From Kondoa subrosea (taxonomy: Eukaryota): a stretch of DNA of 64,000 nucleotides. The notes under the pieces are model-generated. The model made no database searches, was not told the origin of the DNA, and worked only from the letters and a program-made list of their open reading frames with translations. Position 1 is the first letter of the stretch. The number at the start of each line of letters is the position of its first letter. The stretch covers positions 124,001 through 188,000 of the forward strand of contig BCIN01000008.1 in NCBI GenBank assembly GCA_039545335.1, written 5' to 3'. The translations under genes and the position numbers were made by a program. Of the stretch, positions 1 to 17,700 are shown piece by piece.

Positions 1-1538
1 TCGAGTGAAATCGTTTGAGAGCTAGTAAGACTGTGAGTGATAATCGACAACACACGATGAAGAACACACTTTTAGCGATGTCCACCAATAGATCCATCAG
101 ATTTTCGATGGTGCGTACATTTGACGGATCGATAGGGTTGCCCCGCGACATACGGATGATCCACAGATGCCGTTTCGTTATATCAACATCCTTCTTGCGC
201 TGTTCAGGAGCTACTTGCTCTTTGGATTCTCTCTTTTCGTGAGCCCACCCTCTCAACTTTGGAATGCGATCTTCATAACCTTTTCCCAAATGCGCGTGCA
301 GCACTTGCATGACTTCTAATTCCTTCGCCATCACATGTTTCCCCAAAGCTACATGCTCAGGCAGCCAGACTATTTTATACGCATCCCTTGCGTCGAAATA
401 CACTGCCGTTGCTCGCCCAAAGAGTCTGAAACCGCAAAAGCTGGGTAAGTCTGTAGGAAGCCCGTCCAAGCAGCCAGGAGCAGTTGCAGTTTTCCACTTT
501 CCTGTCATATCTGGACGGAGATCATCTTGCTCTGGTTGCCCGCACTCGAATTGCATGTAATCCTGGATCTTGTTGCCTCCATTTGGTCCATGCAGATCTC
601 GATCATCCGCAGAACAGAGGAAAAACAGAGCCAGCAGAACTTGATGCAGCTTGTCTGTGGAGCCAAAGCAATCTTCTACTTCGCAAAACATGAGATCTTC
701 TCTCGTCAAGCAGGCCAAAGTGAAAGTAGTTGTTTTCGCGGCGGATTTTGATTTCTGATTCTGGCTGAAGCCAAAGCCCATAATGTGAGTACTGAGTGCT
801 ATAGACTCCAGATTTAGCTATCGAGATGTAGTGGCAGGTACAACTGGTAGCACTAACGACGATGTATCATGCCTACTTTCATATTGTTGAAAAGTTGAAG
901 ATGCTTTGAATTGAGTTTGGTGCCAGAGAGACTTTGTGAGACATTAAGTATAGGTTCGACCGTCAATTCGCCAAAGGCATCGACAGTCTCCCATTTATTG
1001 CTGGTGCCGGAAACCTGATCTATGGAGCGGATGATGAAGTCGGGCTGACGGTCTGAACCGCAAAGGATGCTTTTAGGAAGAGGCGTATTTGTATGACTAG
1101 TGTCGAGACATCTTCTCAAGGGTTTCCTTGTTTCCTGTATCCTTATCAGCCAGATGCGCTTTGCGGCTCACGAGAACTACTGACAGGAGGGTATCTCTCT
1201 AGCATCCTGGTCAGCTGGCGAACAAAAGGTCCCTCTGCGTCTTCTTTTGCTGTTGCAAGCCTTTGCAGCCGGTCCAATAATGAAGTGTGATCTACGGACG
1301 GATCAAATATAGCTTGTGAAGAGCATGAAGACGCGTCATCCTTCACAGCGAGACCACGTTGTTGTTGGCCATTTAAGAGTTTTGCGAAGCTTTCATACCT
1401 GGTGAGATGAGAACGAAACTTGCTCTCCTCTTTGAAGGCCTTTTCATGCTTCCGTTTCAGATTGTAGGTGTTTTGTTGGGCACTAGTGTACGATGACGAT
1501 TTTATGGGAGTTGACTGAGAGTTTGTTTCGTTGGTCAT
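1..1538 (-). CDS. Fungal-type protein kinase (FunK1/Pkinase_fungal-like), multi-exon, runs off the window start
   Basis: Manual translation of the minus frame below ~800 gives FRLFGRATAVYF...YKIVWLP...ELEVMQVL...RIPKLRG...RHLWIIRMSRGNPI...LMDLLVDIAK, the N-lobe motif order of FunK1 kinases. N-terminal exons are ORFs 1146-1538 and 853-1119. The catalytic loop lies outside the window. Confidence 0.6.
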
Positions 1539-2913
1539 ATTTTGTTCGATTGAAGCCTGAGCGACAAGCAGCAGTTGAAAACCAGGGACAAGGAAGAATC
1601 GTTCTTGCAGTTCGAGTGGCTACTTGTCTACTGTATTGCCGTTGTAAAGAGAGCTTGGACTCTTGATTGTTGTTGTTTGATTCTCTCAGTGCTCCGTCAA
1701 GGCAAAGAGACAGGAAAGGTATAAGAATGAGAGAGGATATGTGAAGCAGTCAGTTGAGTGGTATTCGCGTTCGCCTGCAAGAGTTCGCGGCAGTCTCGAG
1801 ACAAGAAGGGCAGGACGGAAAAGAATGGAACTGCTTAGTAAGCAACCACCTCATACATCGCGGTCACATCAATCTGCAACGTTCGACCACGCGTTTGGAG
1901 GCTACGCTGCAGCCTGCACCATGTGTAAGAAGACACATGCAAAGAAGCGTCTTGGTAAGTCAGCATGAGCATTTCATCTGTAGAAGCAAGCGCTTGGACG
2001 AGCTGAGCATGAGCGTGGACATAACTTGGAAGTATGGCAAAGCATTGCTCTAGAGGTTAAAAGGTAGCTCATTCGGTTGACAAGGCAGTCTGATGTGAGA
2101 CTTCGAGGTGACTTCAGTTGCAAAAGCTTCGCTTGATGCCAGTGCTGGCCATGAGATCTAAAAGGTGGAAGTGCACTTCATCTCAATCACCCTCTCTATA
2201 TTGTTCAATCAGAATTGGACGCTTCTACTACTAAATGTGCGTGAGCATATGGTTATGTCGCGAGATTTGCTTTGGCTCTCTTCTGAAGCTCATGATCTGA
2301 CCCTCACATCCTTCTTCTCTTGTCCGTATCGCCTCCTTTCCCCACTTTTTCACGCTTCAGCCTGAACCCGATTGCTCCAGGAGCGTTACCTCTAGATCAT
2401 TTGCTTCTACTTGAAAACGGTCAGCTCTTCTTTCTCGGCATACTCTATGCAGCTGTCTCAGTAGCAAATATTGGAACTCTGGTTTACGAGATCTCGATGA
2501 AACGGGGAACATCGAAGCTGTGGGTCTTTCGCAAGGAACCGTCCGTGTAAGCGCTACTTCCCATAATGTGAGCGATGTCCTTCACTGATATACGAGAGTA
2601 ACGGACGGATCTACGCGTTATCTAGCCAATAGTGTGAGCGAGCACTTCGCTTCCGACGTATACTTGGAAGATTGACCGAGATTTCTCTGACTACCCATCG
2701 CATCTATCTGTACCATTATGAGTACGTGAGTACGTATGGATGTTATGCCTTATCACTTTCCCTTTACAACTTCCACAGAACTTTGCAACATTTTCTGGAA
2801 CTTTCTCGAACTCGGTCGCCAGATCCAGCAAAAGACAGGCTGATGAAGCGGCACCTTAAGGAAGTCCCCATTCTTTCTTCCTCTCAATCCTTTCCCTCGA
2901 CCTATACTTCAAG

Positions 2914-3936
2914 ATGTTCGCCTATCCCTCTTATGCCTCTCCTTCATCTTATGTGCCATTTCACTACGATCCCTACGAGGTCGAGTACGCTCGCCGAGTA
3001 GAGATCGCTCGTCGTCAAGAGGTAGCAAGGCGTCAGGAACTGGCGCGCCAGCAGGAGATCGCCAGACGTCAGCGCTATCAACAAGAATTGTATCGTCGCC
3101 AGCTCGAACAAGAACACTGCGAAGCCCTCTTGGCAGCTCGTCAACGAGAAGCAATTCGTCAAAGAGCTCAGCATCCTTTCTACTTTCATTCTGGAGCTGC
3201 TTCATCTCAGGCTTACTTTCATGACGTTTCCGATGAGGAGGAAGGCGAAGATTCTGTTCCCACACCTCGACAACCTGCTCTTTCAGCCTCTCCTCCCTCA
3301 AAGCCGATCAGTTCTTCCAGCTCGCTACCTTCTACCGTCAAATCTATGCCATCTCAAGAACAACTAAATGCGGCTGCCTCGACTCTTCAACGCAAATGGA
3401 GATCTCGTCAATCTGCACGAAAGCATTTATCTCAGTTGGCATCCATCTTGACCCAGTTATCAGCTCACCAAGCTGCTTTTATATTCCCAAATTTGTGAGC
3501 AAATCTTTTTCTGGTCGCAAACTACGACTGACTGTGATTTCTCAGACCCATCTTTGATGATTCTGGCAAGCTTACCTACACTTCTGTCAACTCTGCTGTC
3601 CACTCGTATATCGATTCGCTTGAAAAATTGCTGATGAAGTTGGATGGTGTAGAAAGTGAAGGAAACAAGCAGGTCAAGGAGACAAGGAAGGAGGCTGTTC
3701 GTCAGGTTGAGAATGAGTTGAGCAGAGTGGAAGAGTGGAAGGCTGAGCATTGGATATTGACCCAAGATCAACTTCAGGCGCAAGAAGCAGCCCAGCATTT
3801 GGCTTTGGCTCAATCTGTTCCTCTTCCACTAGAAGGACAAGCAGTCGAAGAAGAAGTCACGGAAGCACTTGTGGAGAAAGAGGGGGAACAGGCAGCTGTT
3901 GTTGTGGGTGATCAACGATGTTACTGTGCAAACTGA
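2914..3936 (+). CDS. BAG-domain co-chaperone with IQ-like motif
   Basis: Exon 1 has AASTLQRKWRSR (IQ-like). After a GT-AG intron at ~3495-3545 it continues HSYIDSLEKLLMKLDGVESEGNKQVKETRKEAVRQVENEL (BAG signature). The 3' end is uncertain. Confidence 0.75.
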
Positions 3937-4316
3937 GTGGGAAGTCTCAAAGTTTACAAGGGCTGCTGCAATGATTGTAATAGTGTGCAGATCTTCAATA
4001 TAATGCAAGTCTCAATTGCCTGTTGCTTTCGATTGCCTCGAGTACTCACGTGCGGTCATTTATTGACTTCCTCCAAAACACGCAAGCGTCCAGTTCCCGT
4101 TTGGCCGAGAAAACCTCAGCAATCAGCTGCGATATTTTCATGTGTGTCGGAGAAGAAAAGGACAGAGACGTGATGAGTAGCGTACGATCGAATTAAAATA
4201 CGAAGGGAAGAAGGGGAAGAGAGTCAAGTGAAAGAGAATGATACAACGAGACTCAAGCTCAAAATCCAAATGCAAATATACACAAGTGAAAGAAATGACA
4301 ACAACCCGCTTCAGAA

Positions 4317-4737
<421 letters not shown>

Positions 4738-5132
4738 TGTGTGAGTATTAAGTTAAAGTTGGGTTGAGTGTGGGCGAAAGCTTGTGATGGTTTGGATTTG
4801 TTAGAGAGAGAGAAACTGGAGATGCAGATTCGAAGATGAGATCCGCGGAGGAGTGGCGCAAGGGTTTTGTGGTCACGTGATCAAACTATTTTGTCATGTC
4901 ACCGGTCCGATCTCAACCTTTCGCGTTATATAGCAGCTGATCTGTTTGTGCAATCACCATCATAGCCCATTCCGACCCAAAGAAACGTGTAAAAGCAAGA
5001 ATTCGAGGATTGTTGATTTTTCTGACGAGCTTTGTTGTTTTCTTTTGAAGCTTGCTTGCCTTTCCTTTCCTTCTGATTTCTTCCCTCAACCACTTTGCAC
5101 TTTTCCAAACTCTCACTTAACCACTCACTAAC
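4738..5132. promoter_or_regulatory. Bidirectional H4/H3 promoter region
   Basis: 395 bp between divergent histone start codons; contains TCACGTGA (4873-4880) and TTCGCGTTATATA (4920-4932). Confidence 0.7.
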
Positions 5133-5755
<623 letters not shown>

Positions 5756-6169
5756 GCAGTCTAGCGGTTTCGGGGGTCTTTTATTCGTTGTAAATACTTG
5801 AATGCATTCTGTGTTGCTTTTGTCCCATCAAACTCTTGCTTGAACAGTTGTCCTTGACCTTCTTTTCCCATCCTCCATTTCCATCAATTCTTCTGGACGC
5901 ATAAAGTCTAGCGTGCATCAGAGTTCGTGCACAGGTCGCGTTGGACGAAACGGCGACAAAACTGGTTATATCTGCGGCCATCTATACCTGGCCCTTGATA
6001 CCACCTTCTATGCAAAAAAGCGAGAGCAAGAGAGGCTGAAGTATTGCGAGAATAATTAATTGATGCAAGCTTCAAGACAGTGAGGGTTTCAAGCAGATTA
6101 GCCAGATTGATTGCTGAAGAGTAGGCTGTTGTCTGCTGTCTCAGTCAACAGATTGCTCTTGGTGTCGCA

Positions 6170-7965
6170 ATGCAACGAATGCGTCGGATTCGACCATTGT
6201 CTTTCACTCGCTTTGGCCAGCTTCCAGTGGAATTGCGGCTCGAGATTGTATTGGCGGCTGCATACGCGGATGCTGATATTGAAGGATGTAGGTGCAATGT
6301 CAACCACACCGATACTTGCTGACTCTATGTATGGGTAGTGCAAGACTTGTCGGCATATCCGCACACTCTCATCTCTTACGAACACCTCAGAGTTATGGCT
6401 CGCTTGGTTCTCGTCAATAGCGAATTCTATACCTTCATGTCTCCCCTTCTCTACCGATGTCTTGACCTGTCTGCAGAAGCCCCATCATCGTGGTCCAAAG
6501 TTTGCAGTCTCTTGACGCCATCGCTTGCCGATCGACACCTTCTGCATGTCCATGAATTACTCAGTCTCGACTTCGTATATGAAGCCGGCGCAATCACAAC
6601 ACTTCACGATACCCTTAGGCGTCTAATGCCAATATATCCTTCTCTTCGACGTTTCAGCATCGTCTTAGAGAGAGCCAGCGAGAGCACTTTGACGATACAC
6701 AACATTATCACACAAACCGCTGTTTATCGCGGTATACAGTGCTGTATTTCCACGCTAGAAGATGCCAGCGATGTTCACACTCACTGCAAAACAAAGTCGT
6801 TTGCCCACCTTTCGTCTCATTATGTACATCTCTTTGGAGCAAATTATTATGGATCCATCTTTTGCAATGGCAAATTCTACAGATGCATGCGCCCAGACTA
6901 TGTCCCCATTCTTAGCAACACTACCCATTTGGATATCCGTTTCGAAACCGTTTTTGATCCGCTCGTCAATTCTCTTGTCCCACTTGTAAATTCTGTTTCC
7001 AGCACATTGGAATACCTGCGGCTTGATGTCCCAAGAAATACAAAATTATCTCTTTCCAGTGGCTTCCCAAGACTAATCAAGCTGGTTTTGAAGCCCTTGT
7101 TTGGCGTGGACAAGACAGAAATGAGATTGGCAACCCTATTGCCAGACTTGGAGCATCTGCACATGGTATTTACCGATAGATCAATGTTCGAACTTGACAA
7201 CGTTCAGGCTCTCATGCCGCTGAAACAGTCGCAGTGGATCCGATGGCAACGGGTGCAGTTCAGCATAGAAGATTGGACAGCGTCTATAGAGCAGGATCTA
7301 CATTATCTCCTTCGAATGTTCCCGCAATGTATGGAGTCGTTAGATGCCTTTGAGAAGGACGTGATGATTCAGAATCTATCGGAAGAGGATTGGCATCAGC
7401 GCGAGAGCACAATCGATATGATTATGTTACTCAAGCGTAGATTCTGGAAACGTTTTCAAACGGATGCTACTAGAGCTGGACTTCTACAGCAGGTCACTTC
7501 CAAAACAGATCCTTACGAAGAGGAAAAGTGTAACGTAAGGCGCATATCGTGTCCCACTACGATGCGCTGAACCTTGAAATCAACGACTCAGCATCGAATC
7601 ACAGATTTCTTTGCCAGGCAGCTCAAGCCATCTCGACCTTTCTTGTTCGCAAATGCACAGCCGACGAATATCAAATCCTCTGTGCAATCACCCATCCAGC
7701 GACAACTCAACCTCACTTCCTTCTCAAATTTTGCGGGCTACAGAGCACGCATTTTTGGGTCTACACGCCGAAAGCGAGCGCATTCATCGGTGAGCTGTGA
7801 TGCATGTTGTCTCCCTCGATCGAGCTCAATAACGTCTTCTAGCGCTTTCTGGAGCAACAATACCTTGACGAATATTTCTTAGCTACAAGAGCGCAAGATT
7901 GCGTCGTCGACCCAGACGGGAAGGGTATTCTTGCTGAAAACACAGACGACCTTGAGGATTATTGA
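6170..7965 (+). CDS. F-box/2EXR-like N-terminal domain protein with LRR-like region
   Basis: Exon 1 MQRMRRIRPLSFTRFGQLPVELRLEIV (F-box-like) splices in frame via intron 6288-6338 into the 410-aa ORF, which has LxxLxL repeats (TLEYLRLD, RLIKLVLK, DLEHLHM). Exons beyond 7530 are tentative. Confidence 0.55.
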
Positions 7966-8518
7966 AGTCATGACAGCAGTAAAGCAGGACCTCTACCAGC
8001 CTCTCAGAATGGCCGAGCAGTGGAAATCAGGCAAAATCGCAGAGAAGGCAATTGTCATTCAGAACGTGTTTGCTATTCGATCTGAACGAGACGAGAGGGG
8101 TGTCTTCAAGTCTCCCTAAGATATCATGGCACGATTGCTGGAGCGGAAATCGTTGTTTCGGGTCATCAGCAAAGTCTACGAGCTTCTCGGTCTTGCCTTC
8201 AGTATGCGCGATGTTCTCAATTGGGAGATTGCCAGAGATAGCCTTACTCTGAAGCAGTGATCCACTAGTGAATTGGAAACGTCTTCTAGCAGTCAGACTT
8301 TTCCCACCCCATCTTTCATTCAGTCTGCCTTGGTCGTAGAATGCTTGCTATTTTGTGCCTAGCATCCTCGTCATTTCTCTTTTATAACATCTACTAAGTA
8401 TCGTGCTCCCGTGTCCGTGCTTCCTTCTGTGTCAGCGCTGTATGTTGTCGTCAATTTGCTTCTGTTCCCTTTGTTTCGTCATATCGAGCAAGAATAATCT
8501 CGCTTTAGGATTACGGTC

Positions 8519-10445
8519 ATGGCTCGCGCTATTTGCCCTGACGTGAACAAGGAAGCGATAGATCAGGTAATTCCCAATCCTCCGGGATCCACGCTGCGCT
8601 GATAATGCAACAGAGCCAGTTTTGGACTCAAGGTTCTATCAATTGGTCTAAGCAGCAAGCTTTGTCATCTGGTCTGTTGAGCTTCTCTCATTCTTGGACA
8701 GTCGAATAGGGTGGGCTATAGCGGGATCTTTCGCTTTGGCAGCCTGCCTTATATCTTTCTATAACATTTGGCGGCACTGCCGATGCATTACCAATCTTAA
8801 GCAGCAGAAGCAGGTCATCAGGATCCTCTTCATGCCAGTCATCTATGCGGTAAGTAATAAGCCTTGCATGCTGTATTACGGAGAATTGAATTCGTTCTTG
8901 TAGGTGATCAGCTTTTTATCTTACAGATATTTCCGAGATTACGAGTACTTCGAAATGTACGTCCCAAGGTCAAGCTTATTCAACAGTGTATCTAATGTTC
9001 TATAGAATGGTCCGAGTATGGGAAGCCGTTGTTTTGTCTAGTTTCCTAGTTTTGGTCTGTAAGTCTTGCTTGGCCGCAACACCAGATGTTCCACTTACAA
9101 TCTGTTACCACAAGTATGCTATACCGGTCGCGATTTGGCAGAACAAGCTGCATATCTCGGTCAGCAGGTCTGTTTGTCTCAAATGATCCGCTCACCTTAA
9201 AACAGAGGAAAATCATGGCGGCAAGTACCGACTGTAAGTCCTGCCTTCTTTCGGAACAAATAAATCTGATGTCCTGGGAAGACCTGTACCATTCTCTTGC
9301 ATTCGCTTTCGACCTACAAAACCGAAGTTCTTGCTGGCTTTACGTCTAAGTTGCGCTCAATTCGTCGTGCTGAAGCCGCTCGAAAGTGTAGCAGCAATAA
9401 CAGCAGAATATAACCGTGCGTCCTCCTCAATATGCTTACATATAACTGAATCCGTATGCAGATGTATATTGTGCTTCAAGGTAAAGTCAAGCCAATACTA
9501 CACAAATCGATCTCATTCTATGCAGTATGAGCTATCAATTTGCAAGCATATGGATCACATGTGTCAGTCGTTTGCGAATACAAATACATGTGTTCTGATT
9601 CCGTAAACAGATTGATTTTGCTAGTTGCTCGTCAGTCGCTCGAGCCGTTAGGGCAATGAAGGAGCTAAAATCTTGTGCAGTATAGCACTTTATGGCTTGC
9701 TAGTCTACTATTCGCTGTGCAAAGAGGATTTGAAGGGAAGAGGTCTTTTGAGTAAATTGTAAGTTTGATCTGCTGTGATCTGCTTTCACCTGTCTGACTA
9801 CATGGATAGCTTGTCAATCAAGGTTGTGGTATTTCTTACGTATGTCACTAGTGAGAGCTGTTATAAACGCTCATGCGCTTCGCGTAGCTTCTTTCAATCG
9901 TTCGCCTTTGACAAGCTAGCGACAAAAGGCTACATCAAAGAGACTGAGTATTGGACCACATCGAACATATCTAATGGAATCAATGCGATGACCATCTGTG
10001 TCGAGATGTTTCTGGTCGCAATTTGGTGAGTTCTACTATAGAGGCGATAAGAACGTCAGCTGATTCTACCTAGGCATCTATTCTGCTTCTCTGCGAAGGC
10101 GTACCGCATAGAAGTAGAAGATACCGAACTACTCTCGGCAGCGGGAGAGCAGCGAATTGGAAGAAAAGAAGTCCAGTGCAATGGGTTCAGAGCTCTCCTT
10201 GCTGCACTCAACTTGGGCGATGTGTGAGTAGCAGCGTTATATAGTGGTCTATGCTGACCTACTGACATATAGGATCTACGATTTTGTACGTAATGTCATG
10301 CGAGTTGTGACTGAACTGTTTAAGATTGCTGTAGTGGAGATCGATGGCCTTCTTCACGGCGAAGAAGCTTCCCAAGAAGATGTCAAGAAGTGTCTCGGAT
10401 TCGTCGGATCAAAGAGAAACATCCGAAAGGGAGGTATCCCAGTGA
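8519..10445 (+). CDS. Organic solute transporter Ost-alpha / TMEM184 family membrane protein (many small exons)
   Basis: Motifs ISFYNIWRH...QQKQVIRILFMPVIYAVISFLSY, CAQFVVLKPL, SIKVVVFLT, YWTTSNISNGINAMTICVEMFL. Confidence 0.85.
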
Positions 10446-10594
10446 GAGATGGAAAAGGTATTATGACTATGAAAATGATAAGCGCGGTATGATTTCGACT
10501 ACCTGGAGAAAGAAAGAGTCCCTCTATTGTACTCAGACCTGTCAAACTCTTGAATGCATGCATAGGAAACCCATTTCTATTAAGCCGAACGAGA

Positions 10595-13505
<2,911 letters not shown>

Positions 13506-13808
13506 AGCTGCTGTGTAGAGATGAAAGTGTAAGGAGTGAGAGAAAGCAGAGAGGAGACTTGGCTGCTCGAGGTCAAAGTCTAAGTTTATCATTCTTGAGC
13601 AGAGCAGTAGGAACACACGTACTTTGTAGGCTGCAAGTGATAGGAGAGGACTCTAGCAGCTACAAGGAACTTATGAGGTCGCGTAATGAGAGCAAGCGAT
13701 GAAATAGTAGAAGGTTGGTTGACGAGATTGGAGGCGAAGAACGATGCTGTGCAGGAGGTCAAACTTCTATGTTTCGATAATTTTGTCACAGGATAACACA
13801 TGTACATT

Positions 13809-15037
13809 TCATTGTCTCTGACCAGCAGAGATCTTGCTTTTCCTCGATGTATAGAAAGGTGCTCGAATAGGATCAAGTTCCGAAACTTGATCATACAGCT
13901 GTCATATCACGACGACGTTCAGCTACACGAAGAGCGAAGGTCTACGAGTACTGACCTTTGACGCTTCTTGAGCTTTGCCTTGTTCCGCTAATGCATCCGC
14001 TTGGAACTCGACAGCCAGAAAACAAGGTGTTCCGCTTTGCAGCGTTTGAGCGAAATCCAAACAATTTGACAGAGGTTTCGCGCTTCGTCTTAGTACTCTA
14101 TGCTACTCGTCAGTATATCTCGTGAAAGGAAGAAGAAAGCTGACCCTCTGAGGTAATTCCATGCGGAAGCGTTATTCGGTGCCAGTTTCAGTTTATCCCG
14201 CGCAAACTCGAGTTCCCTCTTAACTACTTCCTCCATCTCATTCTGTTCATATAACCCATTCTCAAAGGCAACAAAGAATCTATGAGCCCAAGCTGAGTTG
14301 TTTCTCAGATCTTCATTGAGCAGAGTTTCAGAATAGGTTAATTCCGCTTCCCAAACTGATTTCTTTGTTTTCAAATCGTAGAAAGAAGTGTTGGAAAGGT
14401 TATAGAAATGACATAATGCCCAATGTCTGTAAGCCCAAGTATGGTAGTTCTTGCTATCGATTTGTAAAGCTCGTGAACAGAATCCAAGTTCTCTTGATGG
14501 ATCATTTAACGCCAATACAATCAGTTTCCTATGTTGCCTGTTCTTGCTTTTAGCCCTAACCTGTAATCACGTGGAAGCAAAGAGGACGAACCAAACTTGA
14601 TAACCCTTGAGATGTACTTTGATCATAGCTTCCATCAAATCCAACTCGTGATCCAAATCCACTTGCAATCCACTGGAGGTGAGTAACATGGATCGATAGT
14701 TCCAAACAGTGAACATGCCAGGATTGATTTTCAGTATAGTTTCAGTCAGTTTGATCGCTCGAAGGGATTTCTCTTGTTTGCTTAAGATGTATCGAAAAGC
14801 GTCCATTGCATGACGATCTAATATTGTTATTTGCATGAGCGAAATACGAGCTGATAGGCTGGAAGGACAGACAATCTGGGTTGTACTGAATTAAAGCCAT
14901 AGCGTTAGGCGCTTCTTCTTGAGCGATGGGAGTAATATCTTCCCATCCTGGCTAACCATAGCAGACTAAACAAGAGAATAGAGACAGATAGACGAAAGAC
15001 AAACACGCTCATTATAGGGCAGCACAGCGGCCGTCAT
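13809..15037 (-). CDS. RAM2: Protein farnesyl/geranylgeranyltransferase type-I alpha subunit
   Basis: WEDITPIAQ...MDAFRYIL; PPTA repeats NPGMFTVWNYR, DSKNYHTWAYR, DLRNNSAWAHR, APNNASAWNYLRG; C-terminal LDPIR. Confidence 0.92.
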
Positions 15038-15406
15038 CGCGACACTTCAACAGAAAGGGAAAAGAAATCAAAGCACAGCCTAGAGAATGAGTACGGAACG
15101 GAAGAAGGAAGCCCTCAATCAGAAATGAATGAGAAAAGAGACAAAAGAGCTCCCTCGAAAGAATCATGGGGTTGTGTGAAATGTCAAGCACACAAGTGAA
15201 AGGCGAAATTCTAAGGCAGCCTTTCTCTCCTCTCTCTTCCAAATCCCTCAATCTCTTTCAAGGCTCTTTAATTTCCTGTGCTTGATTCGACAGGAAAAGA
15301 TCCTTTGTGATTGTTAATCTGGGCTTATCGTTGTGAGCAGCGGCACTTAGATGAGGGAAAAGTTGAATGCATTAGGCTGATTCGGGCTGTTCTTGTCTGG
15401 TTCAGC

Positions 15407-17700
15407 ATGGTTGACGACGATAACTACGTAAGTCTGTCTTCTATCAATGCTCTCATATCGTCTCTATCACTAAACTGGGCTTGGAATTACCTTTTCTTGA
15501 TCACGTGGAGCTGCTGTGAAAGCTCTGGCAACCTGCAGAGCTCTGCTGGCTGTCTCCTTACATATCTCTGACCGTATAGTCGAACAATTGAAGAAATGAT
15601 GCTCATATAACCATATTTGACAGAGATCTTCCCGTTCAGACCGCAGAAGATCAAGAAGTCGTACCCGTGAGTAACCTGTGACTTCTAAGCAAACTGAAGT
15701 GCTGACATTGTATGGTTCACTCGCAGGTAGCCGCAGTCCTCCTCGCAGACGTCGAGACCGATCTTACTCACCACCAACTCGTCGCCGTTCTCCTTCAGTC
15801 GGAGGTAAAAAGGAAGACTCTTCCGATAACTACAGAGCTAGATCTCGATCACCTAGAAGAGACAGAGATATAGACATGGATTCCTCTTCTCGTCGCTCAG
15901 GACCTGGAAGCAGAGATATTGCTGCCGCTGAAGCTGCCAAAAGATCCATCAGAGAAAACAGGGTCTACGTTGGCAATTTGAGCTTCCAAGTTCGTTGGAA
16001 TGATTTGAAAGATTTCATGAGGGAGGGTGCGCAACAGTTTGACCTTTATTTTGGGAGGCGATTGTGAGAATGTAAAAGGCTGAAGTGTGGTGTTATTGTT
16101 GCTGGCAGCCGGAAACGTCGTCTTTGCGGAAGTCATGACTTTACCAAACGGAATGTCAAAAGGTTGCGGGTGAGTGCATTCCTGTGATGTGGTTTGTCAA
16201 CCTCATCCTCAAGGTTCGTCTCACAGTGTCGTCGAATACTCAACTCGTGAAGAAGCCGAAAAAGCTATCTCAACACTGAACGAACAAACACTTCTTGGTC
16301 GTCAGCTATTCATTCGCGAAGTGGGTGTCCTTTTCTCAGCTTTCTACTCTCAAGTCCTCTGTTCTGCCTTTTGCTGTCCCAAGCGATGCTGTTGATGTAA
16401 GGATTGGATTGTGAGATGCTGCGGTTGACTTGATGAGGATCTTTATCTGGCGTTTTTCTCTCACGCCGATTGTTTTCTTCCCTATTTTCTTTCACATCAG
16501 GCAGAACAGAGGCTTTTTGAGTTTGTGGATATGGGTGCAAGGCGACAGGTGTTGATGCTTGTTGTTGTGTCGGATAGGATCGTGAGGAAGAAGCTCGGTA
16601 CGGTGCTGCGGCAGTTAGCGGTCGACCAGGCGGTGAAGAAACTGGTGGTCGTGGTGGATACCGTGGTCGTGGTGGTCGAGGTGGTGCTTTCGGTGCTTTC
16701 GGAAGCGGCAGACCAGAACCTTCTTTCTCGAGCAAGCAGCTTATTGTCGGTGGTGTGAGTTCTAGCGTCTGTCCCTCATTCGAGTGGTAATCTAATGATG
16801 ACATTCTCAGCTCAACTGGGAAGTTGGTTGGCAAGATTTGAAAGACTTGTTCCGTCAAGCTGGAGATATCATTCGTGCCGATATCCACTACGGTTCCGAT
16901 GGCAACCCAAAAGGAACCGGCATGGTCGTCTTTGCCAACGCTAGCGATGCTCAGCAAGCTATCTGTCAGTCGGATGAATGTTGCTTTCAGACTAAATCTG
17001 ATGTGCAACGGTCCAAATTGACAGCCATGTTCGATGGAGCTGAACTCAACGGTATGAAACTCGAAGTCAAAGAAGAACGCTTCTCTGCACCTCAATCCGG
17101 TCCATTCGGTGGAGGAAGAGGTGGTTACGCTCCTCGAGGTGGATTTGCTCCTCGCGGAAGAGGCGGTTACCAAGGTTCGACTATTGGTCAAACTGCTACA
17201 CCAAGCAATCAGATCTTTGTCAAGAACGTGAGTATGCGGGGTGATGGCGTTCAGCATGTCTGAATACATATTCCGTATTTCACAGTTACCTTGGTCTACC
17301 TCAAACGAAGATTTAGTTGAACTGTTCCAAACTACTGGAACTGTCGAATATGCTGAAGCTCTACAAGAAGGAGGTCGCTCCAAGGGCTGCGGTATTGTTC
17401 AATTTGCCAGCAACGAAGAGGCAGAAACTGCTATTGCCAAATTCCGTAAGTTTGATGGATTTGGATTGAGTGTCTAGCTCATTCCGATTTAAATGATACT
17501 ACAGAGGGCTACTCATACGGTGGACGTCCTCTAGCGCTCGAGGTATGCTCTGATATTGAGCCCAATGTGAATTCAGTTTAATCTGCCTTTTATAGTACAA
17601 CGCTCGCTACAGAGACTTCATCGCTCAGCCAATCGGTGTCGAAGCTCCTCATCACAGCAGCCGAGACCATCAATCAGGTGAAGTTAAAATGGAAAGCTAA
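15407..17700 (+). CDS. SR-like RNA-binding protein with three RRMs (Gbp2/Hrb1 family)
   Basis: RS-rich N-terminus; RRM1 RVYVGNLSFQVRWNDLKDFMRE, RRM2 WQDLKDLFRQAG, RGG linker, RRM3 IFVKNLPWSTSNEDLVELF. Confidence 0.9.

Noticed and set aside
2060..2130. tRNA-like A box (TAGCTCATTCGG) with a small hairpin
   Set aside because: No B box/T-arm or acceptor stem could be assembled
1560..2900. Short ORFs between the kinase and BAG genes
   Set aside because: No recognisable domains or consistent exon chain
16310..17383. 357-aa antisense ORF
   Set aside because: Shadow of the RRM gene on the opposite strand; it runs through introns and has no domain signal
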